This document shows positions 24,023-37,843 of a stretch of DNA of 64,000 bases, in pieces. The position numbers and the translations under genes were made by a program. The stretch covers positions 124,001 to 188,000 of the forward strand of contig NW_021832220.1 in the NCBI RefSeq assembly GCF_006345805.1. The letters run 5' to 3'. The stretch comes from Octopus sinensis. Its lineage: Eukaryota. A model generated the notes under the pieces. The model was not told where the DNA came from. It searched no databases and saw nothing but the letters and a program-made list of their open reading frames with translations. Numbering within the stretch: position 1 is the stretch's first letter; each line of letters starts with the position of its first letter.

Positions 24023-25475
24023 ATAGAGCAATACTCAAGACAGAGCTGAATGCAAGAAACAGGATCGAAGCGATCAATGCATTAGCCATACCAATCGTGA
24101 CTTACAGTTTCAATATCGTTAACTGGTCAATTACTGAAATATGTCAGCTCGATAGAAAAATACGAAAAACTGTTGACAATGCATAGAATGCACCACCCTA
24201 AGGCAGATACAGAACGACTTTATTTGCCAAGAAAAGAGGGAGGCCATGGACTTTTACAACTGGCAATAACAATGAAGATTGCTACAGTTGGCCTAGACAC
24301 CTACCTGAAAAAGTCTGAGGACTGGATGTTAAAACTTGTCTCAAAACATGTAAACAAGCATCATACTCAGTAACAAAACAGGCAAAGGAATATCTAAGTG
24401 AATTCCGAATACAACAACTTTCGGAATTAGAGATAGACATACAAGAAACAAGCACAGAAAAAGCTAGGCGCATGAAAACCCATGCCAAAACTGCAGCCAT
24501 AAATATTCTGAATAATAAATTGCAAGAAAAACCTCTCTTTGGGTATTTGCCATAGAGAGCGAATAATGCAGATATTGACAAAGCCCTGACCCATCAATGG
24601 CTAATGGCCTCTGGCTTAAAATCTGAAACAGAAGGGTTTATCATAGCAGCTCAAGATCAATGCTTACCAACAAGAAACTACCAGGCCAACATATTAAAGA
24701 ACGGCAGTAGCCCAACATGTCGTGTATGCCAACAACAAAATGAAACCATTGATCATGTCTCCAAATGCAGTCTTCTAGCGCCTACAGAGTACCTCAACAG
24801 GCATGATAGAGCTGCACAATATATTCACTGGGTAATTTGCAAAAACCTGGATTTGCCCCATGAAAAAAACTGGTGGGAACACAATCCACCTCCAGTGCTT
24901 GAAAATGACCACATCTCACTCCTCTGGAACTTCACCATTCAAACTGACAGAAAGATAGATGCAAATAGGCCAGACATCATATTGAAAGACTTCAGACAAA
25001 GAACATGCCTCCTCATTGATATGACTGTCCCAATCGATATAAACGTATCTGTCAAGACCTACCAAAAACTGAGCAAATATAAAGATCTGGAAATAGAAAT
25101 CAGCAAAATGTGGAACCTGAAGACTAAAACAATACCTGTTGTCATAGGTGCCCTGGGAATGATAGCGAAAGGGGCTGATTGCTACCTAACTCAGATACCA
25201 GGAAACCCCAAAATGGCAGAAATTCAAAAGATAGTGCTCATGGGAACTGCTCATATCCTACGCAAAATACTCTCTATGTAATCCCAAGGTTTAAAACAAA
25301 CTTTAAAAAATTTTTTTTTTAAATTTATTTATTAGACATTCACTAGTACAACACCAAAAAAAAAAAAAACCAAATATATGGCATAACAACGTGAACTTCC
25401 AACCTGTTGTCTCTTGAGGTCTCTGGGTGAGACTTGGAGCCAACTTGTACAGACATAAAGCAAAAGTCAGACATA

Positions 25476-25480
<5 letters not shown>
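24023..25480 (+). mobile_element. Dong/R4-like LINE, 5'-truncated, between (AAT)n tracts
   Basis: ORF 24604-25281: GLKSETEGFIIAAQDQ, CRVC..ETIDH..C, NRHD, RPDI, KYKDLEIEI, PVVIGALG. Flanked by (AAT)n at about 24000-24023 and 25478-25527. Confidence 0.93.
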
Positions 25481-25527
<47 letters not shown>

Positions 25528-25529
<2 letters not shown>

Positions 25530-25770
25530 GACCTGCTAATAGAAATTGAAAAAATGTGGCATAAATATAAAGACCTGCTAATAGAAATTAAGAAAATGTG
25601 GCATCTCAAGGCGACTACAGTACCAGTGATTGTAGGGTCTCTAGGAATGATAAAAAAAAGGTACTGAAACCTATTTGAAAATGATTCCAGGCTTACTATC
25701 CCTACAGGAAGTGCAAAAAATCGTATTAACTGGAACGGCCCATGTACTGAAAAGAGCACTATCGCTGTGA
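25528..25770 (+). mobile_element. Short Dong/R4 3' fragment
   Basis: DLLIEIKKMWHLKATTVPVIVGSLG, immediately after (AAT)n. Confidence 0.75.
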
Positions 25771-26339
25771 AAATAACATCCATCCATGAATTTATTAATT
25801 TATTAATTTTTAAATACATATTTTGTCTGTGAATTTGCACATGTAATCTGGGAATGCATACAATGCCCTTCTCTGTTCTAGGTGTATGGAAAACACTCGG
25901 CGAGAACGGAAGAAAATTTGAAGAAAGAAGGAAAAAACATAATAATAATAACAACAACAACAACAAGAGCATTCAGATAGTGTAAACCTCTGCCAAGGCA
26001 ACAACAATGTTTTGTCAATGATTAGCCAAAGATGATTTTTAAAATGAGAATATCTGAAATAAACTCGGCTGCTCTCACTAGTGAGAATACTATAAATGAA
26101 CCTGAACACTCTCAAAAATTAAGTTAAAAAAATAGGAAAAATAATCCAGAATCCTAGTCTGATACAGGATTGGTCTCAGAATCTAACTGGTTTGTGTCAG
26201 TCACAAGGCCAAACATCCCTGAAAGTCTCATCCAAATCCATCCAGCAGTTCTTGAGATATTTTGTCCATACATACACAACTGAAAAAATACCTCCGCCTT
26301 CCTAAGGTAGAGATGATAATAATGAAGATAATAATAATA

Positions 26340-26376
<37 letters not shown>

Positions 26377-26384
26377 CAACATGG

Positions 26385-26560
26385 AACAAATAGGGGCTAC
26401 AATAAGGGCGGAGCACTTGCAGAAAACAGCACTGCTGGGAACTGCTCGAATACTCTGGAAGGTACTCGAAAAAAAGAGGTGTTACCTTAGTTCACTGGTA
26501 GCGAACAGCTGGTACATCTCCAGCATTAGAAGCTAACAATAATAATAAGCAGAAGACAGC
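26385..26560 (+). mobile_element. Short Dong/R4 3' fragment
   Basis: EHLQKTALLGTARILWKVLE, between (AAT)n tracts. Confidence 0.7.
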
Positions 26561-26726
26561 AGTGCATAGCAAACAGCATGGATGAGTGACAGCAAGATGC
26601 ATGGAAGATACATCAAATCTGAACCCATCACGAAGACGGAATCCGCAAAAACATTGAAAGAAAACTGTTTTAATGTAAGACATCTTGGAAAACCGAAAGA
26701 TTTCTCTTAAATGGATTATATATATC

Positions 26727-26945
26727 TATAAGGCATATAAGAAAATGGAGAGGATAAACAATCGACAAACATCAGCCTGAAAACACTCAATTATAATCTA
26801 TTTATTAACTGATTACATATGTATAAGTGATCCAAATAATCGAATGCATAGGATTGTAATCAATTCATAAATAGATTATAATTGAATATTTACAGGCTGA
26901 TGCTTGTCAATTGTGTTTCCTCTCCATTTTCTTATTTGCCTTATA
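26727..26945. repeat. Foldback/MITE-like inverted repeat (~90-bp arms)
   Basis: tataaggcatataagaaaatggagagg...cagcctg...tgattaca pairs with tgtaatca...caggctg...cctctccattttcttatttgccttata. Confidence 0.85.
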
Positions 26946-27128
26946 AACCCTGGGTAAATTTCTGCTTTACTCCCCCATACCTATTATTCAATTGTGATAT
27001 TGCCCTGCAACAGTAAGCACTTGGATATAAATACATAGGTATACATCCAGTAGTATATTGGATATTTACTATCTTACATGTTTGCCTAACCTTTAACTCC
27101 TACAGATATATAATATATAAATACATAC

Positions 27129-27160
<32 letters not shown>

Positions 27161-27737
27161 GTATTTATATATAGAAAGGGAGAGAGTTTGAAGTGATGTA
27201 CAGATATTTAGAATAATAAGGTAGTCAGAATGTTGAATGATTATATATATATATTTTTTAATTTACATTTTAGCACTTTCTTCCGTAATCGGATTTATAA
27301 AAAGGCAGTTTAAAGTTAGATTTTTTGGCCATTTTATGTATAAAAAAAATCAAGGGAGAAGAAAAAGTTTTCAAGAAGGAGGGGGAGGTTAAGAGGCATG
27401 GCTTTTGTATTGGTATGGTCCTACTTGTTTGTTTAGTACCAAGTGGCCTTTTAAGTGGGGGGGGAGAAGTTTTGTATTTGAATTGGTCAAGGTTTTCTTT
27501 GAAAAACCAGATGTTGTTTTTGACTTTCTTCAGTAAAAATTATAATTGCATTTCCAGGTCTTGTTATTCTGTATTCATTACAGAATAGTTGCATGGATGT
27601 GGTCAACTTTTTTTGATTTAAATTTTAGATGTTCTTGAAAGAGCAATTCTTTTTCTTTCGCTATACACTCACACAACAATAATATATATATATATATATA
27701 CACATGCATATATGTATATATATATTATATATATGTA

Positions 27738-27800
<63 letters not shown>

Positions 27801-27934
27801 ATATATATACATACACACACACATACCTATATATATGTGTGTATATAGATAACTGTATAATAACTGTATATAATATATATCATAATGAAATTCATTCTCT
27901 GATTTGAAGAGACAATCAAAATATAAACAAATAT

Positions 27935-28358
27935 CCGACGACAGACACCCATGCCAACCCCCTCTGCTTGCGAAGACATGTTGGGGCAATCGAAATCGAA
28001 ACCGAATTGAACCAGCCAGGATCCCTGGTCTGGTGGTACGTAAAAAGCACTATCCGACTCGTGGCCGATGCCAGCACCGCCTCGACTGGCTTCCGTGCCG
28101 GTGGCACATAAAATACACCAACCCGACCGTGGCCGTTGCCAGCCTCGCCTGGCACCCGTGCAGGTGGCACGTAAAAAGCACCCACTACACTCACGGAGTG
28201 GTTGGCGTTAGGAAGGGCATCCAGCTGTAGAAACATTGCCAGATTAGACTGGAGCCTGGTGCAGCCTTCTGGCTTCCCAGAACCCCGGTCGAACCGTCCA
28301 ACCCATGCTAGCATGGAGAACGGACGTTAAACGATGATGATGATGATGATGATGATGA
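27935..28358 (+). mobile_element. 3' end of RTE LINE family with (GAT)n tail
   Basis: Same 3' UTR as 10127-10543 and 31020-31464. Confidence 0.85.
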
Positions 28359-28554
28359 CTGAAAAAATGAGGAGCTAATCTCAGACAGAATCGAACTCAC
28401 AAATTGATGCTTTCATGGCTCCTTGCGAATCTCGGTAATAGTTCTTTAGTTGTATCCTGTTTGAAGAAGCATCCACACTAGCTATGAAGCTAAAAAAGTA
28501 TCCAAATGTATTATTATTGAGAGATACCTGGCCTTGCTTGGGATTAAAATGGCA

Positions 28555-28850
28555 TAGATTTTCATTGCTTTACTTGTTTCAGTCATGTGACTGCAGCCAT
28601 GATGGAGCATCGCTGCTGGTCGAATCAACCAACCACAAGATTTATTCTTTGTAAGCTTAGTACTCATTCTGTCAGTGTCTTTTACCAAACCGCTAAGTTA
28701 CAGGAATGTAAACACAGCAACATCAGTTGTCAAGCAATGGTGGGAGTAGAAACACAAGACACAGGCACACACATACACAAATCTACGTATATACGACAGT
28801 TCCGAGTACGAAATCCACTCACAAGGTTTTGATCAGCCTGAGGCTATAAT
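28555..28850 (-). mobile_element. tRNA-SINE 3' part (family of 43197-43603)
   Basis: Reverse complement of the gctccagcatggctgcagtc..gactgaaacaagtaa tail and the ccttgtgagtggatt core. Confidence 0.7.
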
Positions 28851-28866
28851 AAGCATATATATATAT

Positions 28867-28923
<57 letters not shown>

Positions 28924-28924
28924 C

Positions 28925-31510
28925 ATATGCTTTCGGTGTGAATGGCTTTATTATATGGCACCGTATTTTACAATCCTGTAAAGAATAATAATGGTATTTT
29001 ATATAAGCTTAAAGCCGTTCACCATGCAATGACTAAGGAAAATAGTCTAATCATGGGGCATATATGCCCTCAACAGAAAAAAGAAGGCTTTCCCATCAGC
29101 GTGGGATGTGAACCCACATTCCGTTGTTAACATGACTAAGTGTGTTACCTTCACACGCGGATGGGAAAGCCTACTTTTGTCTGTCGACATTATTAGACTA
29201 TTTTCCTAAGTAATTGCATGGTGAACGCCATAAACTTTGAGCTTATATAAAAATACCATTATTATTATTTACAGGATCCGAGTTGACAGTTCCTTGGTAG
29301 TTAAGGCAATTAGAAGCATGAAGACAGGGAAAGCCCCAGGCCCATCAGGAATCACTGCAGAGATGCTCAAATTATCTGGTAGTGTCGGTTACTCACCCGT
29401 ATAGTTAATCAGGTGATACATGAAGGAGTCATACCTAATGACTGGTGTAGCAGCATAATAGTCAACTGCTACAAAGGTAAAGGTGACGCTCTAGATACAA
29501 ATAATTACAGAGGTATCAAGCTGTTGGATCAGGTAATGAAGGTTACGGAGAGGGTCATAGCCCAACTAATTAGAGAGAGAGTTAGTTTAGATGAGATGCA
29601 GTTTGGTTTCGTGCCAGGGAAAAGTACCACTGATGCTATATTCCTGGTAAGGCAGCTGCAGGAGAAATACCTAGCCAAAGATAAGCCCCTGTACCTGGCT
29701 TTTGTTGACATGGAGAAAGCCTTTGACAGGGTCCCACAATCCCTTATCTGGTGCTCAATGAGGAAACTAGGGATAGATGAATGGTTAGTGAGAGCTGTGC
29801 AAGCCATGTACAAGGACGCCGCTAGTAAGGTGAGGGTTGGCAACGAGTACAGTGAAGAATTCCGGGTAGAGGTAAGGGTCCACCAAGGCTCAGTCCTCAG
29901 CCCCCTTCTATTTATCATAGTCCTCCAGGCAATAACGGAGGAATTCAAGACAGGATGCGCCTGGGAGCTCCTCTATGCTGATGACCTTGCTCTAATTGCT
30001 GAGTCATTATCAGAACTGGAGGAAAAGTTTCAAGTGTGGAAGCAAGGATTAGAATCGAAGGGCCTTAGAGTCAATCTAGCTAAAACCAAAGTCCTAATAA
30101 GTAGGAAGGTAGATAAATCACAAACGCCTTAAGGTAGATGGCAATGCTCGATCTGTAGAAAAGGTGTAGGTAGAGACTCTATAAGATGCACCAAGTGTAA
30201 GCTATGGACACATAAGAGGTGCAGCAATGTCAAAGGAAGGCTAACTAGGAAGATAGTTTTTGTTTGTGGCAGATGCTCAGGAGCAATAAACACTGAAAAT
30301 GCTCTGAGAGCAACTTCTGCCACATTCCAGGGAGAAAAACTAGAAATAGTTGATAGCTTCCATTACCTAGGTCACCAAGTCAGTAGCGGGGGCGGGTGTG
30401 CTGAAAGTGTAACTGCTAGAGTAAGAATAGCTTGGGCAAAGTTCAGAGAGCTCTTACCTCTGCTGGTGACAAAAAGCCTCTCGCTCAGAGTAAAAGGCAG
30501 ACTGTATGACACATGTGTACGAATAGTCATGCTACATGGCAGTGAAACATGGGCCGTAACCGCTGAGGATGTGCATAAGCTTGCAAGAAATGAAGCCAGT
30601 ATGCTCCAATGTATGTGTAATGTCAGTGTTCATACTCGACAGAGTGTAAGTACCTTGAGAGAAATGTTGGACCTAAGAAGCATCAGTTGTGGTGTGCAAG
30701 AGAGACCTTTGTGCTGGTATGGTCATGTGACAAGAATGGATGAAGATAGTTGTGTGAAAATGTGCCACACCCTAGCGGTTGAGGGAATCCGTAGAAGAGG
30801 CAGACCCAGAAAAACCTGGGACGAAGTGGTGAAGCACGACCTTCGAACTTTAGGTCTCACTGACAAAATGACTAGAGACCGAGAGCTTTGGAAGTATGCT
30901 GTGCATGAGAAGACCCGGCAGGACAAGTGAGACCATAACCGTGGCCTCTACATGGGATGGAGCCAGCCTACGTATGCATACCTTCCCTTCTTGGGACACA
31001 AAACTCTACTTGTGAAGACCTGTTAAGGCAAGTGAGAATCAAAATCAATCAACTTCAATGGAAATTGCAGCTGTGATACCAGTGCCGGTGGTACGTAAGA
31101 GAACCATCCGAACGTGGCCGTTGCCAGCGCCGCCCCGACTGGCCTCGTGCTGGTGGCACATAAAAAGCACCATCCGATTGTGGCCGTTGCCAGCGTCGCC
31201 TGGCCCCGTGCCAGTGGCATGTAAAAAGCACCATCCAATCTTGGCCGTTTGCCAGCCTCATCTGGCACCTGTGCCGGTGGCACATAAAAAGCACCCACTA
31301 CACTCACGGAGTGGTTGGCGTTAGGAAGGGCATCCAGTCGTAGAAACATTGTCAGATCAGACTGGGCCTGGTGCAGCCTTCTGGCTTCCCAGACCCCAGT
31401 TGAACCGTCCAACCCATGCTAGCATGGAAAGCGGACGCTAAACGAAGATGATGATGATGATGATTGTAAAATACAGCGTCGTATAACAAAACCATTTGCA
31501 TTGAAAGCAT
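28925..31510. repeat. Foldback element (left arm 28925-29105; right arm 29155-29277 + 31465-31510) split by RTE insertion
   Basis: Left arm gtattttacaatcctgtaaa is the reverse complement of tttacaggat (ending 29277) joined to tgtaaaatac (starting 31465). Confidence 0.8.
29278..31464 (+). mobile_element. 5'-truncated RTE LINE (RT, C-terminus, 3' UTR, (GAT)n tail)
   Basis: ORFs 29413-30132 (KAFDRVP, HQGSVLSPLLF, LYADDL) and 30466-30930 (LHGSETW, WYGHV, RRGRPRKTW); tail ends 31464. Confidence 0.96.
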
Positions 31511-31521
31511 ATATATATACC

Positions 31522-31564
<43 letters not shown>

Positions 31565-31719
31565 ACACACATACACACACACACATATATATATATATAT
31601 ACACATACACACATACACACACATATATATATATATGTATGCACACACACACATATCTCTATGTATATGGCCGCAGTCAAATGACTGAAACAAGTAAAAG
31701 AGTAAAAAGTATGTGTGTG

Positions 31720-31759
<40 letters not shown>

Positions 31760-31764
31760 GTCTT

Positions 31765-32125
31765 TTTACTTGTTTCAGTCATTTGACTCTGACCATGCTG
31801 GAGCACCGCCTTTAGTCAAGCAAATCAACTCCAGAACTTATTCTTAGTACTTATTCTATCGATTTCTTTTGCTGAACCACTATCGGCTGTCAAGCGATGT
31901 TGGTGGGGACAAACACAGACACACAAATATATATACACATATACATATATGATGGGCTTCTACTAGTTTCCATCTATCAAATTCACTCACAAAGCTTTGG
32001 TCGGTCCGAGGCTATAGTAGAAAACACTTGTCCAAGGTGCCACACAGTGGGACTGAACCTGGCACCATGTGGTTGGTAAGTAAGCTACTGACCACAGAGC
32101 CACTCCAGCACCTATGGGAAAGCCT
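31765..32125 (-). mobile_element. tRNA-SINE (family of 43197-43603)
   Basis: Reverse complement carries ggagtggctctgtggtcagtagc...ggttcagtcccactg and the gactgaaacaagtaaaaagac tail. Confidence 0.8.
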
Positions 32126-33140
32126 TCTGATATATATACATATACATACATACATATATATATATACACACACACACACATACATATATATATATACCAG
32201 GTGACATGCCCAGTAATTCCTAGGAAAGCAGAATCTAGTAACAGTACAATGTAAGTAGCCCTTAAAACGGTTTTTGTATATTTATTGAGAATACTGAACT
32301 GTCTTACAAAGGATCTTGTTTTTAGGAATTCCTAATAAGTTATGAAATTGTGAAGTCAGTTATGTAATAACATGAAATTAGGTACCCGATAGTAAGAATT
32401 CAAATAAAGTGGCCCCAGAAAGGGCTTTAATGCCTTCCAGAGTATATAGAACTTAGGAGAAAATACTAATAAGGTATGTATACTAAAATCGTGAAACATG
32501 TTATGCAACAACATGCTAATCAGATATGAGATAATAAGAATTCAAAGTAATTAACAAAGAAAGCTTTTGTGCATTCCCAGAGAATATTACCCTCAGCAGC
32601 GCTAGAGTTGGTATATTCGTGAATAAGTCACTAACCAAAATAAGTGGATCTATTGTTTAGGAGAATACTTTTAACTCGTTTAAGCCTTGTACTGGACAAA
32701 CTGAGAAAATAACTAAAATAATTCAAATACTAAGAAATAAGTATATTCAATTTCATTTTTACCAAATAATTTACAAAGGAGGGAATAGGTTATTTCCCTT
32801 GGAAGCTTAAAAACCTTAATTTACGAAGGAACGCCTACCATCCAACTATTCCCAAATGTTATTCCTCCTGCCGTTTACCTGAACATTTTTCGAAATCAAT
32901 TTATACTTAAAACCTCCCCAGACTCATAAGCAATGTGGGTGTAAAGTTTAAGAAAAATCGGTCAAGCCGTTTTGGCGCAAAATGAGGACATACCAATACA
33001 CACAAACATTTTCAGTTTTAATAAGATTACATGAATATGAAAAATTCCCACCAAATGATGTTGTATAGTGAAGAACTATATGTTGCAATGCATAATCAAA
33101 GCCTATGCTTTTCCACCCTCGTGTTATTTTATTATTATTA

Positions 33141-33174
<34 letters not shown>

Positions 33175-33178
<4 letters not shown>

Positions 33179-34300
33179 TAGTTTTATTTTTATAGCATGC
33201 TTTCACTTCACTACCGAGCGCAGCTCTGTGTGCTTTGGGTATGTGTTCTGATTTGTTGTGATGCTCTGATGGTTAATGTATGGAAAGTGTTCTGTGTAGG
33301 ATGTGTGCAGTGCCTAGTAGTGCAATTTTCTGTATGTTATATGTGTTTGTAAGTCCTGGTGTTTTTGTTATGTATTTGTCTGAATATTTTTTTATCATGC
33401 CTCATGCACCTACTATGATAGGAATTGTTTCTGTTTTTAGATTCCACATTCTGGTTACCTCTATTTCCAGGTCTTTGTATTTTGAGAGTTTCTCCATTTC
33501 TTTTAGAGACACGTTGTCATCTGCCGGTATTGATACATCAATTAGAAAGCATTTTTTTTCTTCATGATCTCTGACAACTATATCTGGCCTGTTGGCCTTA
33601 ATTTCTCTATCAGTGTGTATCGGCATATCCCAGAGTATGGTTGCTTTCTCGTTTTCTGTGACCTTTTCTGGTGTGTGCCTATACCATCTTTTTTCTGTTG
33701 TTATTCCATAATGTTGGCATAGCTTCCAATGTATGTAGGTTCCAACTCTGTCATGTCTGTGAATATATTCCTTCTTAGCCAGGACTGGGCAGCTAGAGAT
33801 AATATGATTTATTGTTTCTTGTCCATCTCCACATATTCTGCAGTTACTTGTTATATTTCTTTTCATTACATGTTTTTGGTAATTTCTGGTGGGGAGGCTT
33901 TGGTCTTGTGCTGCAATTAAAAATCCCTCTGTTTCTGCTTTGAGTGCTGAGCTTCTCAACCATTGCTGGGATTTTTCTTTGTCTATTTCTTTTGCGTTTA
34001 GTTTAGTGCAGTATTTACCATGAAGGGGCTTTTCTTGCCATCGTTTTATCATGGTTTGTTGCTGTTCTATTTTTAGTTTGGATTTCATTTGTTTTATAGC
34101 TTTTGTTGTTTCTTCATCTTCTTCTTCTTCATATTTATTAGGTGGTATGATTTCTTGTTTGTATTTGTCAGCTTCCTTAAATACTGAGAACAGTTTTTTG
34201 TTTTGCTTGTGTTTTGCCGCTATTTGTATCAGTTTTCCTTCCTTCTGAAGTAGATATTTTTGCAGTCCTATGGTGGTTATTTTATAGTAGTTTTCCAGTT
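33175..34300 (-). mobile_element. Dong/R4-like LINE, 5'-truncated, between (TTA)n tracts
   Basis: ORF 33402-34088: KPLHGKY, ETEGFLIAAQDQ, CRIC..H..C, RHD, RPDI, KYKDLEIEV. Confidence 0.93.
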
Positions 34301-34689
34301 GTATATTATTATTATTATTATTATTATTATATTATTATTATATTCATCTTGAACATAAAGGAGTTCCACATACATTCCCATACCATTAGATTATTCAAGG
34401 AGATGGAATTAGCATGTGGTAGATGACATGAAGCATACAAGCTTTAAAGAGCGCATTTCAAGGTTTTTGCCCAAATTAAACTAAATGTGTACAGACATAT
34501 ACACACGTACACAGATTCAGTTTGAGTATGAAACTTGTAGTTTGCTTTTGAAAGCTTGTTTACGGATCTACAGCTATTGCGTGCAGTTTCACAAGGCACC
34601 ATATTGAGCCCACTCCTTTTCGTTACTTACACCAATTACATTGATATCATGAAACAGCAGTATTACAATTTCTTTTGTCAACAGGACAG

Positions 34690-35340
34690 GAAACTGAACT
34701 AATCTCCAAACAGATCTTCTCGCAGTTATGCAATGGGCAAAAAAAATATGCAGCTAAATTCAAATTAATCGACTTCAATAGAGGCTGCACTTAAACTACA
34801 ATACACTCTTTCCTCAGGTGAAAACCTCGTGACATCAAGTACCCATAGGGACCTCAGAATAACTGGCGACAGTAACTTAAGTTGGAGTGCTCATATAAAC
34901 AACAAAGTCAACATGTTCCGAAGGGTGTGCTCTTGTATTCTCAGGACTTTTTTGTAAAGAGATTTTCCTATCATTACCTTTTTCCTCTCCACTTTTGCTC
35001 GTCCTCACTTTGAAAAATGTTGTCTGTTGTGATCTCCCTACATGAAACAAAATATTATAAAAATTGAAGCATCTCAGAGATCAATCACAAAAAAGAAACC
35101 CAGACCACATTACAGGTATTGATTATTGGAATCATCTCAAGAAACTCAAACTTTATTCCCACAAATGCCGTGAGCACAATATCATTTGTATGATCTGGAA
35201 AATATTCCAATAGAATTGTCAAAATCCACCCAAAGCTTAGTCCCCTGCTATCCATCCTCTATAAAAATCATACTCACCTCACATTACAATGCTAAGATAG
35301 AACTATTTCATTTCAACTGCTCTCTTTAACATCATGTCAG
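34690..35340 (+). mobile_element. Old CR1-group RT C-terminal fragment
   Basis: HRDL...DSNLSWSAHIN..KV..ILRTF..RPHFE.C..SP motifs, degraded. Confidence 0.65.
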
Positions 35341-35779
35341 GGTGCTGGCATGTGAACATATAGACCCAAACTTTCCTCTTTATGCTATAAAAGGTAATTT
35401 TAAAATGTTGAAGTAGATTTGCACTCTGAACTTTGAACTCGTAAATACCTCACGAGCAGTGACTACCCAAACAGAATAATGGGTTGTTGGAGGGTTGTTA
35501 CCTGTGTGGCTCAAAGTGTTATCTACCAGGAGTAGCAGGGTATCACCAAGAAATGATGGCTTCAGCAAGACCTTATATATACTATATTACATTATAATAT
35601 TCAATTATAATTTAATATAATGTATCTCGTATGTGTTTATGTACGTATAAATGTATTTGTATTTCTCTCGGACTACATATATATATATATATATATATAG
35701 GATGTGGGTGTGGTTGGAGGTGTGGGGGTATGTGGGAATGGGGTGTGGGTGGAAGGGGTGTTAATGAAGAGAGGAAGTA

Positions 35780-36030
35780 GGTGTCAGATAAAAAGAGGAG
35801 AGGAGGAGAGTTGAGCCCATGTGGGGCAAACGAATGAAGAGAGAAGATTAATTCTTGTTCATGCCGAGGACGGGAGTCCGGATGGATTCTGTGCAAAGAC
35901 AATCCGAACACAGATAGGTGTTGTAGTGAATGACCACTAGAGCGGAAATGGCGCGAGACCAGGGTGTCAATTGCTGAGTCTAGATTATTCATGCTGCAAT
36001 AGTGGCAGCATGAAATTATTTCTGGCAAAA
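35780..36030 (-). mobile_element. Penelope-like GIY-YIG C-terminal fragment
   Basis: LVSRHFRSSGHSLQHLSVFGL...R..EQELIFSL..FAPHGLN. Confidence 0.8.
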
Positions 36031-36265
36031 TGTTTGAGAAAAATTATATTAATATATCTTGTCTGTTGAAAACCCATGTTTATTGCAACTGAAGACAGCA
36101 GAGTATTTAAATTGATATAATGCTTGCATTGTTCAATTAAATGGAACCACTTGAAATGGTCGTATTGCACATCCTGTTACTTATTTTGATTTTATTCACC
36201 TTACTTCGAGCTGTGCAGATAATACTGGACTGACCTGGTGCCTCAAATGAATCTTAATTATTTCT

Positions 36266-36297
<32 letters not shown>

Positions 36298-36309
36298 TAT
36301 ACACCAGTT

Positions 36310-36343
<34 letters not shown>

Positions 36344-37009
36344 TATTGGGATAGGAGTACTAGAGAAATGTTATGATTAGGCTGTGTGATATTGATACGT
36401 GTTGGTTGTTTGCCCTATATATCTGCCAGAGTACTTCTTAATGCCCAAGAATTGTCAAATTTCAGTGAATAAAACCAGTGAAAGAATATAAAAATCAAAA
36501 TAAATGAAAGAAATTTAAGAAATGTCACTGTGTTACAATTTTATATAGTTTCTGTTTTACATCTGTTTGTGGTAAAATGATGAACAATTACTGCTATAGC
36601 ATAATTATTTACCTGTGCAATGAGACACGCCCTCGAAAACAAACCTTGATGGATTTCTAAGTGTTGTATAGACATCTTTACAATCTAAAAAAGAGAGGAA
36701 TAGAAATTTCATAGATGACATGTGTACATGACTATAAATGTTTTAAAGTGAGGAAACAGTTCATTATTATTTTATCCACATTGGAGGTATGAAACAGAAA
36801 GTTGACCTTGGGATTTGAAGGTGAAAAGCGGAGCACTTTTACAATTAAATATCACCAAATAACATTGATAATACCTGCTTGTCCTGTTCCACATGAATAT
36901 GTATGCATACATACATACATACTTACAAACGCACACCCATGCAATACAGTATGAGAAGAGTTTGTACTTCCTGAGCAATAAAAAAACATTTTTAATTAAA
37001 AAGCCATGC

Positions 37010-37107
37010 TTAATCCACTACTGTAGGGTTGTGAATACTGTGTTGATGTCCAGCACAGCACAGCTCATCTAAATGAGGGCAGACAGACCCCTCCAAGAAA
37101 TTTAAGA
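37010..37107 (-). CDS. Candidate terminal exon copy 2 of gene B: (V)LNFLEGSVCPHLDELCCAGHQHSIHNPTVVD*
   Basis: Pyrimidine tract + AAG acceptor gives a phase-1 entry in the Cys frame; ATTAAA follows the stop; duplicate of 37844-37953. Confidence 0.4.
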
Positions 37108-37843
37108 CTTAAGGATGAGAGAAACAAATATATGAAGTCACACAAGAAACACACACAGTTCGTTATTTATGTGCCTAAATGCATAGCATGGAACCATTTA
37201 TCTAGAACTCCATTTGACCCATTACACTACAAAGTTCACCTCAGAAATTGTTTAATATCACGTAAATACACTAACATGGGTGCAGGTGGTGTACTATGCA
37301 CAACACTGCCTTTATATATAGAAGGTTCATAACAATGATTAGATACAAAACGAAACAAATACACAATACAGCGAAAAAAAGTTATTACATAGAAACACAT
37401 TGCTATACATAATAGATACTACAATATCTATATAAACATATACAAATAGGCACATATATGTATAGAGTTGTGCAGTTGTGTGTGGACATGCAAATAGTTG
37501 CATATATAGACAAATGAGACGCACATAAGAATGTTATGTGGAAGAAGAGGTACGTTTGACTCGAGGATTGTAAAGAAAGAGGATGAAAAATACAATCGCT
37601 TACAATTTGGAATTTGTAAAAGTTGTGCCTGCAATAACTTGTGCAGTGCAAACAGTAAGTAAAGATATAGACAAATGGTTGAAAGAAATAGGAACATTTC
37701 TACAGAAAGTTTGTCTCTTAGGCAATATAATATAATATTTGTGTTTATACAATTCACATACGTACACCATAGAAACAAGCATCAATTGCACAGTATTTTA
37801 ATGCCTCGAACAAAAACTACAAGTTTTAATTAAAAAGCAATGC

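Noticed and set aside
31352-31815. ORFs rich in YI/CV/HT dipeptides (many similar across the window)
   Set aside because: Read-through of (TA)n/(CA)n microsatellites.
32760-33020. Helentron/DINE-like non-autonomous 3' segment
   Set aside because: Resemblance only (aaaaatcggtcaagccgtttt...acaaacattttcagttttaataag); termini could not be defined.
37509-37655. Plus-strand Cys-containing frame (GICKSCACNNLC) ending at GTAAGT
   Set aside because: Weak acceptor and no paralog. It lies between the duplicated minus-strand exons and is more simply explained as 3' UTR.
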